A stretch of DNA of 64,000 bases, from contig NW_021833441.1 in assembly GCF_006345805.1 (NCBI RefSeq), positions 88,963-152,962 on the forward strand. The letters are read 5' to 3'. The position numbers and the translations under genes were made by a program. Under the pieces are notes generated by a model. The model was not told the origin of the DNA, searched no databases, and worked only from the letters and a program-made list of their open reading frames with translations. Shown here in pieces: positions 52,346-64,000 of this stretch; the first letter of the stretch is position 1, and every line of letters starts with the position of its first letter. The DNA comes from Octopus sinensis. Lineage: Eukaryota.

Positions 52346-53807
52346 CAGCCATGCCTCCTCCAGCTCAGGGGGCACCTAGCCCACCCAAACCCTCACCACA
52401 CGTCCGCCGCAACAGGATGCCAGAAGAATTCATTCGTCTGAGCCTACTGCATCGTCTGGGGGCGTCCACAGAACACAAGTAAAAGAGAGAAGATTGGTAC
52501 ATACATACATACATACTTGCATATATAGATATATACCTAATGAAGAATAAGAGAATGGTTTCAGCGACTTTCTATATTCTATATCAAGGCAATTTTGTCT
52601 ACACATCACATCCGTAGTTCTTGATGAGATGATATAATTTACATCGTGTGTCATCACTACAATTCCTTAAAAGTGGACAGTAGGACTTATTGAAATACTC
52701 ACCTGAAAAGCATATTTTACACCTCTGATAGATGGTAAGCATTACACAATTTATTAATTACATCATCTGAACCATGTACAATGGTTGTGAAATCATGTAG
52801 TAACAATTGTAGTTTTATGGAATAAAGAATATCGTTTAATTCATTCCCTCTTATTCACCTCTGTTTAAACACGAAAGCGAAAAATGAAAGAAACACAATT
52901 TCTCAACAAAGAAAAAACAAACGAGATACAACAACAGATATTCAAAACGCTTTAGTAGCAGTTTTCCACGCGGGTTTCGAAATCGCAAATCCGAATCGCC
53001 ATACAATATCACCATACACATACCAGTTGCTGACGTCATCTAACTCTAGAACAATGAAATTTGACTTACAATCGAAATCGAACTTCAGCAAATACAACAA
53101 AATTACCCTTTATGAGAATCAACCAACTGGAATGGCTGATGACCGTTCCCCACAGGTAAGCCAACCAGGCAGAATGAAAATCTTGACCACCAGAAAAATA
53201 AGACATCAACAAATATCAGATCCGTTCACGGAAAAAATCGTAAATACACCGGATTCTGTAAAACGCCTTCACAGGCAAAAGACCTGTACACGTCGGTAAG
53301 AAAATCACAGAAACTGTAAACAAAAACCCTTTTTCACTATCTTCATTTCTCCCTTGTTTTTCTCACTCTTAACTCAGTATGGCCGAAACTTTGATACTCC
53401 ACATTTCTTATCGATCACTACTAACACTATTGAATGTTGTGCATTTGAGCAAAATGATCCACATTTTTTATATATTATTGAAATTTATGAACATTTAAAA
53501 TCATACTTCATTTCACCGAAACTTATAAACATAAAAACATGTTTTTCTAATTCATAATTTTAAATTTTTACCATTGATAAACAAAAAATATTGTTGAAAC
53601 TAGTTTGGTAGGTATATTGTTTTTATTTGTTTTATTTTATATTATCTAGTTTCAGCTCACGAGCTGTGGCCATGCTGGGGCGCCGCCATTTTATATAAAT
53701 ATATTTATTTAAAAACAATTACATGTTTTTTCAAATTTAGGGGCATTTTCAACAAAAAATTTTCTTATATACTTTTCTGCATGGAAATACGACGCCTCTT
53801 TTGTTAT

Positions 53808-54200
53808 ACTCTTTTCTCTTTTACTCTTTTACTTGTTTCAGTCATTTGACTGCGGCCATGCTGGAGCACCGCCTTTGATCGAGCAACTCGACCCCGGGAC
53901 TTATTCTTTTGTAAGCCCAGTACTTATTCTAACGGTTTCTTTTGCCGAACCGCTAGGTTACGGGGACATAAAAACACCAGCATCGGTTGTCAAGCAATGC
54001 TAGGGGGACAAACACAGACACACAAACACAAACGCGAATATATTATATATATATATATATATATACGAAGGGCTTCTTTCAGTTTCCGTCTACCAAATCC
54101 ACTCACAAGGCTTTGCTCGGCCCGAGGCTATAGTAGAAGACACTTGCACGAGGTGGCACGCAGTGGGACTGAACCCGGAAACAGGTGGTTGGTAAACAAG
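53808..54200 (-). mobile_element. tRNA-derived SINE
   Basis: Reverse complement of the 3038-3473 family. Confidence 0.85.
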
Positions 54201-54950
54201 GCACCTCCTAAGCGTGACCTAGATAATTTCGAGCAACATCTTACCAATCTGATTTAGAACATCAATTTTCAACCTAGAAAAATAACAATCAAACCCCACC
54301 TAACTAAAATCAATAATATCCTCAAGAGTCTTCAAAAATACTCTGAAATTCTCTTCCAAGCCGTCAAACCCGGCAATTTTATAATACTCCTCTAGATAAA
54401 TACCGAGAGCTAATACACAAATAACTACATAAATGATACCGTATTGTACCAGTCTCCGTTCTAACAGACATTTACATCAAGAATCGTGATCTCGTTTTTA
54501 AACGCGCATTAGAAGATAGGACCGGACGTTCCTTAACTCGCTCACTTCATATTAACGTAGAAGACCATAAAATAAAATTTGCCGAGAACCCTTCCGTTCG
54601 CCTCATTTGCCCCTTCAGTTCAGATATAGGTAAGATTAGCAAGATTTCATCAGACAGGATTATACCCCCAACTGCATCCAACGTACACACTACACCTATG
54701 GACTGAAATTACTCAAGCCGTCCAGTGGTTTAATTCCTAAAGCCCTAAACATACTTTTAAATTCATCCAGATCGACATAGACCAAATTACTCTAGTGTAT
54801 CCCTTATCCTTCTCAACAAAGTCCTCATGTTTGCAATGATACGATCTAACCTCTCTTGTGACGATATTGATATCATCTTGGCCGCCCGTCGACATATGAT
54901 AAAACTGGGTAATTCTGGGCCAATAGAGACATTCGGTGGGGTAGGTATTC
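54201..54950 (+). mobile_element. Penelope-like (Naiad-like) fragment
   Basis: AVKxGNxY, EDHK.KF..NPSVRLICP, YSSVS motifs; inverted relative of 56950-57670. Confidence 0.7.
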
Positions 54951-54974
54951 GATAAAAAGAGATCGTAAAAGGGA

Positions 54975-56230
54975 AAGAAGAAGTTGAAAAAACGAAAAGA
55001 AACAAAAGAAAAAAAACGAGTAGGGATCGTGTATCACAGTGTCATGATGTATGGTGTAAAGGGGGAAGCAGATAAGGTTTAACCGTGGGAAGAAAAGCCC
55101 ACGGAAAGACCACGGTAACCTCGGTGAACCTCTGCTGACACTTTCTCCACCATGGACGATGGACGATGATGCGCAGACACGCGCTGAGCCCGAGTGGATA
55201 GGAGATACTATCCGCCGGGGTCTTCGTGGCGCTAGCACCAAGCTCTTCAATGTAAATATTCTGCCTGCAGCTGACTGGGAGATGTCAAATGCCGTTTTGA
55301 CCCTCTAGATCCAGTCAGCCGAAAGTCTGGTATTTCCAGACTTTTTAAGAATGGGCGGGTCGAAGAATCCGGTGATGCTTGAAGGAGCCCCCCCCCCCCC
55401 AGTGTCATCGGTGCCTGGAGCCTGGCCATATAAAGAAAGAACTGTCCTCAACGGCAAAGCAAAGTCCTGGAGCGGTTGACGGAGACCTCTGTAGAAGAAG
55501 GAATGAAGGCGGCCGAGGAGACAGAGGATGCCTCAAAGAAGCGCCGCAAAAGGAAGAAGGTGAGTAATAATGGGTGCTCACCGAAGGATTCTGGGAATGA
55601 GGGAAGGGAAGCACATGTCCTGGTCACGGAGGGGATGTACCCTCCCACAGTCAAAAGGAAAAAAGAGGAAGAGGAGAAACGGGATATTGCTGACAATCGG
55701 AGCCATGGAGCCTCATCGGTGGGTGGAGTGGGGGTCGTTCCACTGGTGGGGGTTGGCTTAGACACAATTGGTAAGAAGTGTGCCGCCAACGGTAGAATTG
55801 ATTACCTCGGACCCGGAGGAGGAAGAACTGCTGGTCTTCTGTTATAGAGGGGGAGTTGTGGAAAAGGTAATAGAAGAACACTACAAAGGTTTACCTTTGG
55901 CCTTCGCACGGTAACCCGAATGACCTCCGCAGATAGCTGTGGAGTTCATAACGTGGCGCATGTTACATAGTCTGGGGGGACTAAAAGAGGTATATCGCTC
56001 GTGGCCGGGTGACGCCAACTTTGAGCATACCTTGATTTTAAAGCAAGCATGGGCTATGGTGCAGTACACGTACACAAGCGATGATGAGGATTGACAAGAG
56101 GTTGAAAAGCCTCAGTGTTATAATGTGTAAGAAGCTCAGTGCCTCATTTGTAAATGGACTAGTGTTGATTGTATATTGAATATTTTATTGTATATTATTG
56201 TATATTATTGTATGTTATTACTTGTTATGG
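54975..56230 (+). mobile_element. L1/Tx1-like LINE with a large internal deletion
   Basis: Gag-like CCHC remnant CHRCLEPGHIKK, basic KRRKRKK, a decayed C-terminal CxxC..H..VQ region and a (TATTG)n tail. Confidence 0.55.
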
Positions 56231-56289
56231 ACTATTAAGTCCAATAATTGTAAAAACTGTAGTGAGAGGTTCAATACCTCGTTATTTTT

Positions 56290-57670
56290 CTGTTGGGAAA
56301 AAAAGAAGAATGTTTTAGAGAACCAGAACCAGATAAAGTCACGTGTTCTTGTTATCTTATTCCGATTGATAGGTTTATCCGAGTATATAAAGGGTTTTGA
56401 AAGTGCATACGGGTGTTGATATCGGCAGGCAGAAACAGGGTTAGTGTCAAGGGTCACCGAGTGGGGAGATTGTTTGTTAGATCATATACTACTTTAAAAT
56501 TTGGGAGAGTAGTAGTACGATGGGTTATGCGTGATATTTTTCGTTTCATCTGGAGGAAGGGTGTATCCTTGGTTCCGTGTTTAGTGATGGGAGGCTTGTC
56601 CCACATGGATATATTCGATCAAATTCGTATGATCGTCGCGTTGTAGAGCGCAATTATAATATTCAGCGTATTGTTCGAATATTTCCTTACTGGCGGACGG
56701 TGATGAAATCCGTTTTGATACGATATCTACGATAGAGTTTTGGACAACTGGCGTTGTGGTTGGAGGAAAAGTTGACGTAGTTGAGGTTCTCCTCAAGTTC
56801 ATGACATGGGTAGAAAATTTGGCTTTGTAGATCTAGGGTGACATCTAGGAAATTAGAAGTTTTAAGGCTGTTACAAAATGTGATGCAGAGGCCCACCTTT
56901 TTCAAAAGATATCTTAGTCTTTTTCTAATCTGTTCAATTCGGCGGTTGCGAGAATCCCGAATGTCTCTATTGGCCCAGAAGTACCCAGTTTTATCATATG
57001 ATTATATCAATATCGTCACAAGTGAGGTTAGAGTGTATCATTGCAAACATGAGGACTTTGTTGAGAAGGATAAGGGATACACTAGAGTGATTTGGTCTAT
57101 GTCGATCTGGATGAATTTAAAAGTATGTTTAGGGCTTTAGGAATTAAACCACTGGACGGCTTGAGTAATTTCAGTCCATAGGTGTAGTGTGTACGTTGGA
57201 TGCAGTTGGGGGTATAATCCTGTCTGATAAAATCTTGTGATCTTACTTGTATCTGAAATGGAGAAGCAAATAAGGCGAACGGAATGGTCCTTGCCAAATT
57301 TTATTTTATGGTCTTCTACGTTAATATCGAATGTGCGAGTTAAGGAAGGTTCAGTCCTATCTTCTAATCCGAGTTCGAAAACGAGATCACGGTTCTTGAT
57401 GATGATGTCTTTTCGAGTGGAACCGGTACAATATGGTAGCCTTCATGTAGTTGCTTGAGTATTAGCTCACGGTATTTATCTAGAGGAACGTTATAAAGGT
57501 TGCCGGTCTTGACGGCTTTGAAGAGAATTTCAGAGTATTTTTGAAGACTCACGATGATAATATAAGTTTTAGTTAGGTGGGGTTTGATTGTTATTTTTCT
57601 GGGTTTCAATGTGATGTCTTTAACGAGATTGGTAAGATCTTGGTCGAAATTATTTCGTTACGCTTACGAA
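56290..57670 (-). mobile_element. Penelope-like (Naiad-like) fragment
   Basis: NFLDVTLDL, YVNFSSNH, RDITHNP, WFWF motifs on minus. Confidence 0.75.
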
Positions 57671-57819
57671 GTGCATATATAACGTTTCTCTCTTAGTCTG
57701 CGAATTATCTTACATTCAACAACATATAATACTTATGTATATATTGGTATATTGTGCGTATATGTATGTATGCATATACATATGTTCGTTACCAATATGT
57801 ATGCAGAATAATATTGACA

Positions 57820-60400
57820 TAACTGGTGATAAGTCCATTCAGATTAGCGTAAGATATGGGCGCCACGGGACACCGCTGACGGTGGGAGGGACCTTCTTGT
57901 CTCATTGGTTAGCTACTGCCTACCTGAAGCAGGGCAGCCCCCAGTTAATAAGTTGCTGACCCACCACAGGCCGCCTGCTTCATTGGGTGCTTGGAGCTAA
58001 GAGTTTGACTTGAAAAAACGGCCTGCAACATCTGCACCAGGCAAACAACTAAAAGACAAGAAACCACCAGTCCTGCGGTTAGAAAACTGGAATGTCAGGA
58101 CCATGTGCCCTGGAATATCTGATGATCTACTCAGGGTTGAAGACACAAGAAAGACGGCCATCATTGACCGTGAACTAGAGAGGCTTAACATAGACATTGC
58201 TGGGCTGCAGGAGCCAAGACTCCCCTCAAACGGGAAAGTCAAAGAACAGGATTTCACCTTCTTTTGGCAGGGAAGCGATCTAGAAGAACCTCGTCAGCAT
58301 GGCGTTGGCTTTACAGTGAGAAACTCATTACTCTCCTCAATAGAACCACCATCAGGAGACACTGAGCGTATCCTCTCACTGCGCCTCTCGACTTCTTCTG
58401 TTTCAGTATATCTACTGAGCATCTATGCTCCCACTCTCTACAGCCCAGAGGAGACCAAGGACCAGTTCTACAAAGATCTCAACTGTGTCATTTAAAATAT
58501 ACCAACAGATGAAAACATCTACCTTCTAGGAGATTCGTGGCCCATTTGTGTTGGATACACTGATATTGGCAACATGAATGACAATGGTGAGAGACTACTT
58601 GAATTTTGCCCATACCATAACCTGGGCGTCACCAGCACATACTTTGCCAACAAGCCATCACACAAGGCATCTTGGAGACATCCAAGATCTCACCACAGGC
58701 ATCAGATGGATCTCATCATTACACGAAGATCCTTTCTGAATTCTGTTTAACTAACCCGTAGTTACCACACAGATCACTCACTAATTAGAAGCAGGGTGAG
58801 GATCCTGCCTAGAAAAGTCCATCACTCCTCAAAAGGGCCGATCACGCATTAACACTGCCAGAAGCTCGGATCCTACACAGCGAAAATGTTTTGCTGTTTC
58901 TATCAAGGTGCCCTCAGTAGTTGCCCAACCCCCTTTGCTGAAATTAGGTGGAATTATATCAGGGAAGCTTTGTATACCTCATCAATAGATACTTTCGGCA
59001 TGAGAGAAAGGCAACACCCAGATTGGTTCAGTGATGGGCTCTTAGAGCTGGAACCAGTTATCGAAGCAAAGCATGCAGCTCTGATGCAATACAAGAGTGA
59101 TTCTTCTACAAAATCACTCGAAGAACTCAGAAAGGCAAAAAATATAACCCAACTGACAGCCAGATGCTGTGCAAATAGGTATTGGCAGGAAATCTGTCAG
59201 AGTATCCAGTCAGCTGCTGAGAGTGGCGATACCCGTGGGATGTATGCCGGTTTAAAGAAGGCCCTCGGTCCATCCGCAACCAAGTCAGCCCCTCTGAAAT
59301 CAACTACTGGAGATCTCATCAGGGATCAAGGCAAGCAAATGTATAGATGGGTGGAGCACTACCAGGATCTCTATTCACGGGAGACTACAGTGGCTGAGGC
59401 TGCAGTCGAGAGTGTCAAGATCTTGCCAGTCATGTGCGAACTTGACGGTGGGCCATCTATAGCAGAGCACACCAAGGCTGTTGACTCCCTAGCAAGAAAT
59501 AAGGCTCCGGGAAAAGACGGCATCCCCTCAGAGGTCATCAAAGCCGGCAAAAACACCATCCTGCTTCGGCACCATCATGAGCTTCTGTGTCAGTGCTGGG
59601 GAGAGGTACAGTCCCTCAGGATATGCGGGATGCTAACATCATCACGATTTACAAAAACAAAGGTGACCGTGGTGATTGTAACAATTACCGTGGAATATCC
59701 CTTCTACGCACTGTTGGAAAGACCTTTGCCCGCGTTACCCTGGCCAGGCTACAACTACTTGCTTCTCGAATCTATCCGGAATCGCAGTGTGGCTTTAGAA
59801 GAAACAGATCAACTATCAATATGATATTCTCCATACGCCAACTTCTGGAGGAGTCCAGAGAGCAGAAAATGCCATTACATATGGCCTTCATTGGTAAGTA
59901 GAAAAGGCCTCTTCATCCTGCTCCAAAAAATCGGATATCCACCAAAGCTGCTGAGGATCATCAAATATTTCCATGATGATATGCTAGGAACCATACAGCA
60001 CAATGGTTCAACATCAGCCGCCTTCCAAATAAAAAACGGAGTAAAGCAAGGTTGTGTCCTTGCTCCTACATTATTTGGCATCTTCTCGCTCTTACTTTCA
60101 CATGCCTTTCAGACATCAGATGCTAATTGCTGATAATGCTGCTCTGGTATCACACACAAAAGAAGCCATACAAAGGCTCATCAACTGTTTTGAGCAGGCA
60201 TGTAACGACTTTGGCTTAGCTATCAGCCTCAAGAAGACCAACATCATAGGTCCGGCTACACCGGACATCCCAAACATACATATTGGAGACCACAGATTAC
60301 AGGAGGTTGAGACGTTTACCTATCTTGGCTCTACCGTCACCTACAACCTATCCCTTGACGCTGAGCTCAATATACGCATTGGCGAGGCAGCTGTGGTGAA
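57820..60400 (+). mobile_element. RTE-clade LINE (APE endonuclease plus RT), 3'-truncated, frameshifted
   Basis: WNVRT, IAGLQE, GVGF, YAPT, KAPGKDGIP, NYRGISLL, ESQCGFR, GVKQGCVLAPTLF, FTYLGS. Confidence 0.93.
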
Positions 60401-60649
60401 GGCTCAAGATATACAACGGACTGGAAATAGAAGTGCTCTAATGAGCTGTATACACTTTTTGTTTATATCCGAGGGGAGGCAATGCGAGCAACAACTACAG
60501 GAACATCGCAAAATCAACAGAAACACCAAATACATACAAATCTTCATATACTCATTTATATCTATAAAACCCGACATTTAAAAATTTTTTAATGTAGTAA
60601 TATATAAATATATCACATAAAAATATAAACTTTGCATATAACACCTTGA

Positions 60650-62880
60650 ATCTACGGAGTGGCAACGGCTTGAAAGAGGTATTGCAGCCGGATGCACGAT
60701 ATCAGTCATCTTATTTGTGTTAGTCATTGGAAATGCTACTCAGATCTACAAACTGTGAGAAAGCTGTTACTAAGACACCATTAAGGGCTTTTATGTACGA
60801 TGTAACTATATTATCGGAAAGTAGAGAAGCAGCAGAGGAAACGTTAGAGCGGTTGGACGAACTGATAGGATGGGCATGGATGAAATTCAAAGCCAAAGAA
60901 TCTCGAAGCGTGGCTTTCGTGAAAGGAAGGCAAGAAGTGAAATTTAGGATAGGAGGTGTAGACATACCAACGGTTAAAGAACAACCAGTAAAGAGTCTCG
61001 GCAGATGGTATAGAGGTTTATTAAATGATACGAAGCAAGGAAAAGAAACGCACGAGTTAGAAGAACAAGGATTAAAGGCAATTGACAGAACAACGCTGCC
61101 GGGAAAATTCAAATGTTGGATACTGCAATTTGGTCTGTCCCCAAGAATAACGTGGCCATTACAAATGTACGAAATAGCCTCGAGTAGAATAGAAAGGATG
61201 GAGCAAAGATGCAGTGTGTTTATCAGAAAATGGCTTGGTCTGCCGAAACCACTGAATACAACTGCACTATATGGAAAAGCCGAGCTGCAACTACCAATAA
61301 CATCAATCGCCGAAGAATATAGGGCAGGAAAGGCAAGGACAGTAATGATGCTAAGGTATTCAAAAGATCAGAGTATCCGGGAAAACCCTCCAAAGGTACG
61401 AACAGGGAGGAAATGGAAGGCGGAAGAGGCAGTAAACAGGGTTATCGGAAAACTAAAGCACGCAGATATAGTCGGAGCGACGCAAGAAGCTAGAACCGGC
61501 CTAGGGTCGCAAAATTTCAGGCCATTTTGCAAGAGCAGTGTAAAAGAGATGAAAGAGGCAGTGGCATATGAAGTGAGAAAGGAGGAAGAAGAAAGGTGAA
61601 ATGTACATTTTGTGCGATGCAGTTAAAATGGACAGTGCCTGAGATGGGAGGAATATGTGATTAACCGCAGAATATCATGAAAGGAACTTTGGGCTTGGGA
61701 ACAAGCAAGAACATCCTTCCTGATCAAGTCTGCCTCCGACGTTCTACCCTCACCGGCGAACTTAGTCCGGTGGAACATAAACAAAATTGATGAGTGTAGA
61801 TGCGGAGAGAAAGCGACGGTTAGACATGTTATGTCAAGTTGCAGACTAGCACTTCAAAGAAATACTTGGCGGCATAATCAAGTCCTCGGCGTCATAAGCG
61901 CAGCACTCAAGGAGAAGATCGAGAGGTACAATAGGGGAGATTACCCAAAAGTAGAAAAGCGCAGGAAAGTATACTTCCACAAGGAGGGAAAAGGTTATAA
62001 AACCAGGCCTACACGTATACGAGATAGACGAAAGATGGAAGGGATACTGGGAGGTGGCCACGGACTTGGAAAGACAAGTAGTATTTCCACTAATAAAAGC
62101 AACAAAAAGACCGGACTTACATTTATGGAACAGAGACCGGAGAATGGGAATTTTACTAGAACTAACAGTACCTTGGGAAGAGAACATCGGCAATGCAGAG
62201 GAACGAAAAGAGAAGAGGTATGAAAAGCTAATCGAAGAATGCATAGAACAGGGATGGAATGTCGAATATTATCACCTGGCAGTGGGGGATAGAGGCTTCA
62301 TTGAAAGGAAAATGACAACGCTTTTCAAAAGAAGATTTGATTTTTCTAGCCCCGAGCTGCGTAAACTAATAAGGAGAGTACAGGAGGCGGTCGAAAAAGC
62401 CAGCTTCTATATATGGCTGAAGCGGGAAGACCGAAAATGGCTTGAAAATCATAAACAAACCGACGGGAAATAACATCATTAGGTGAGACAAGCTGACTGA
62501 CAGGCGATGGTCGTTTAGAAAATGCGCGGGCTGAAACTACGCACCTTCACTAGTCAGTTAAGGTGAGACAGTGTCATGTGACAACTTCCTGGAGCCTATG
62601 CGGCAGGTATTTAAAGGGTAAAATTTGACAAGACAGTCAGTCACCGGCTGACACTCACTGACGATACATCGAAGAGGCCAGGGAACAGAAGAAAGAAGAA
62701 GAAAGACTTGCACCCAGCACCAGAGCTGGAGACAGCTCCGAAAGGGGATGGGGAGCCATGTCAAAACGGTAGAGGAGTAGGGGCCGAAACCGGACGTGGT
62801 TTTTTCCTGATGATGTCTTGAGTTAACTGGATCCTATAAAGGAGCTGTTCGGGTAGCAGACCACGAAACACGGTTGTAAT
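60650..62880 (+). mobile_element. Hero-like (R2 group, restriction-like endonuclease) non-LTR retrotransposon, 5'-truncated
   Basis: GIAAGCTISVILF, FMYD (FMDD), KSLGRWY, RKWLGLP, VRTGRKW, WRHNQVL, RPD..LELTVPWEE..ERK..RY. Confidence 0.88.
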
Positions 62881-62979
62881 TCCTAAATATAAATTTGTTA
62901 CAATAAGAGAAATAAATATAATAATAATAAATAAAAATAAAGCATACAATGGCAAATTAAAAGACGAATTAAAATTTTA

Positions 62980-64000
62980 GCGAAATGTACATAGAAGATA
63001 ATACAATTTACAATTTACAATTTACAATTTACAATTATACAATTTACAAAAATACAAGTTTACAAAGATACACAGAAGTCCCTCTACGGGGGTTTCGGAG
63101 ACGCGCCAATTAATATTAGTCATATCATATACTTAAAATTGGCACTCCCCTCATCAGGATATCCTATACATACAACACATAGTAAACGTGAACAAATACA
63201 CAATTACATACCGGCCATATTCAGAAACGAGACATTACGTACTCCCAAAAATTTGTATCCGATCATGAATGCTATTTTATATGCATATAATTCGATCCAG
63301 CAGCCATAGTAAATTTTATGCACACAGCGCCATCTGGACCATTTCAGTTCTGCACTTATTTTATTTTATTTTTCTTCAATCTTATAAGTTCTCACATACA
63401 TGCAAAGCCACATATTCGGATTCAAGTCCTTGACACATTTTATACTAATAGCTATTTTTTTCTTTTAATAATTACATTACTTTACTTTTATTTCATTTAC
63501 TACTTACTATACTTACTAAATTTAATTCAATTGTTATTGCTTAGCTCTAACTGTTATTGCTATTTCTATTTCTAAATTTCTTATAGAACGTCGAGTGGAT
63601 CTTATGCGTACACGCCGGTATTGCATCAGTGAACTTATTTAACACTGCGTTGTTGTAATTTTTCAATATAGTATAAGCTTCCATTATGGATAAACCGCAT
63701 CTAGTGGACCCAATTCTATAGGGGGGCGTGTGCAATGATAGGCCATGATATTTTAAATTCAACATTCCTTTCCTTAAGGTCATTAACATGTAATGCCAAT
63801 GTTGTAGAGGTCCTATATTTAGGATTGTTGAAAGAGCTCAGGTGGGATCGATACCTCTGCCTAAAGTCTACTGTGCTTCCAACATATATTTTTCTCTGGC
63901 CTCCTTGAGCCGCAACACTACATTTATAAACTACATTTTCCTGGCGACAATTTCCGCTAATCGGACATACTGATGAGCCCCCTACAATTACATTTCTTCA
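62980..64000 (-). mobile_element. Penelope-like (Naiad-like) 3' end with GIY-YIG
   Basis: Minus strand: KCNCR..CPISGNC.QENVVYKC..IYVGST..RYRSH; PY..GS.RCGL...LNK...CTHK. Confidence 0.82.

Noticed and set aside
52537-52656. 120-nt AG/GT-bounded frame MTHDVNY...MCRQNCLD...FSYSSL
   Set aside because: Weak splice sites, phase 1 exit cannot join the LRR exon, and it lies beside Penelope-end remnants; unsupported without RNA data.
63965-63985. CTGATGAG hammerhead core
   Set aside because: Falls within the antisense of the Penelope CNC/CP coding region; no stems visible before the window ends.

Overview
AT-rich, repeat-saturated eukaryotic genomic DNA. The SINE, LINE and microsatellite repertoire suggests an octopus (inference). 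Almost none of the supplied ORFs are real genes. The only host gene I can reconstruct is on the minus strand: six short GT-AG exons (25901-25972, 13916-14073, 8330-8421, 6238-6421, 3830-3912, 1618-1667). They splice in phase into 213 codons encoding LRR, LRRCT, a 12-Cys Ly6/uPAR (three-finger) domain and the start of a SEA-like segment. This is an extracellular receptor ectodomain, possibly of an adhesion GPCR, whose 5' and 3' exons are not resolved here. The rest of the window is decayed mobile DNA: Penelope-like elements (Naiad- and Neptune-like), two tandem Dong/R4 LINEs ending in (TAA)n, RTE, Hero and L1/Tx1-like LINEs, a Gypsy element, mariner and DD37D transposons, Helitrons and tRNA-SINEs. 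The most notable unannotated structures are about ten hammerhead-ribozyme-like motifs, several in the gene's sense orientation or in fold-back pairs, and a ~670-bp inverted repeat carrying hammerheads that brackets the 72-nt LRR exon.
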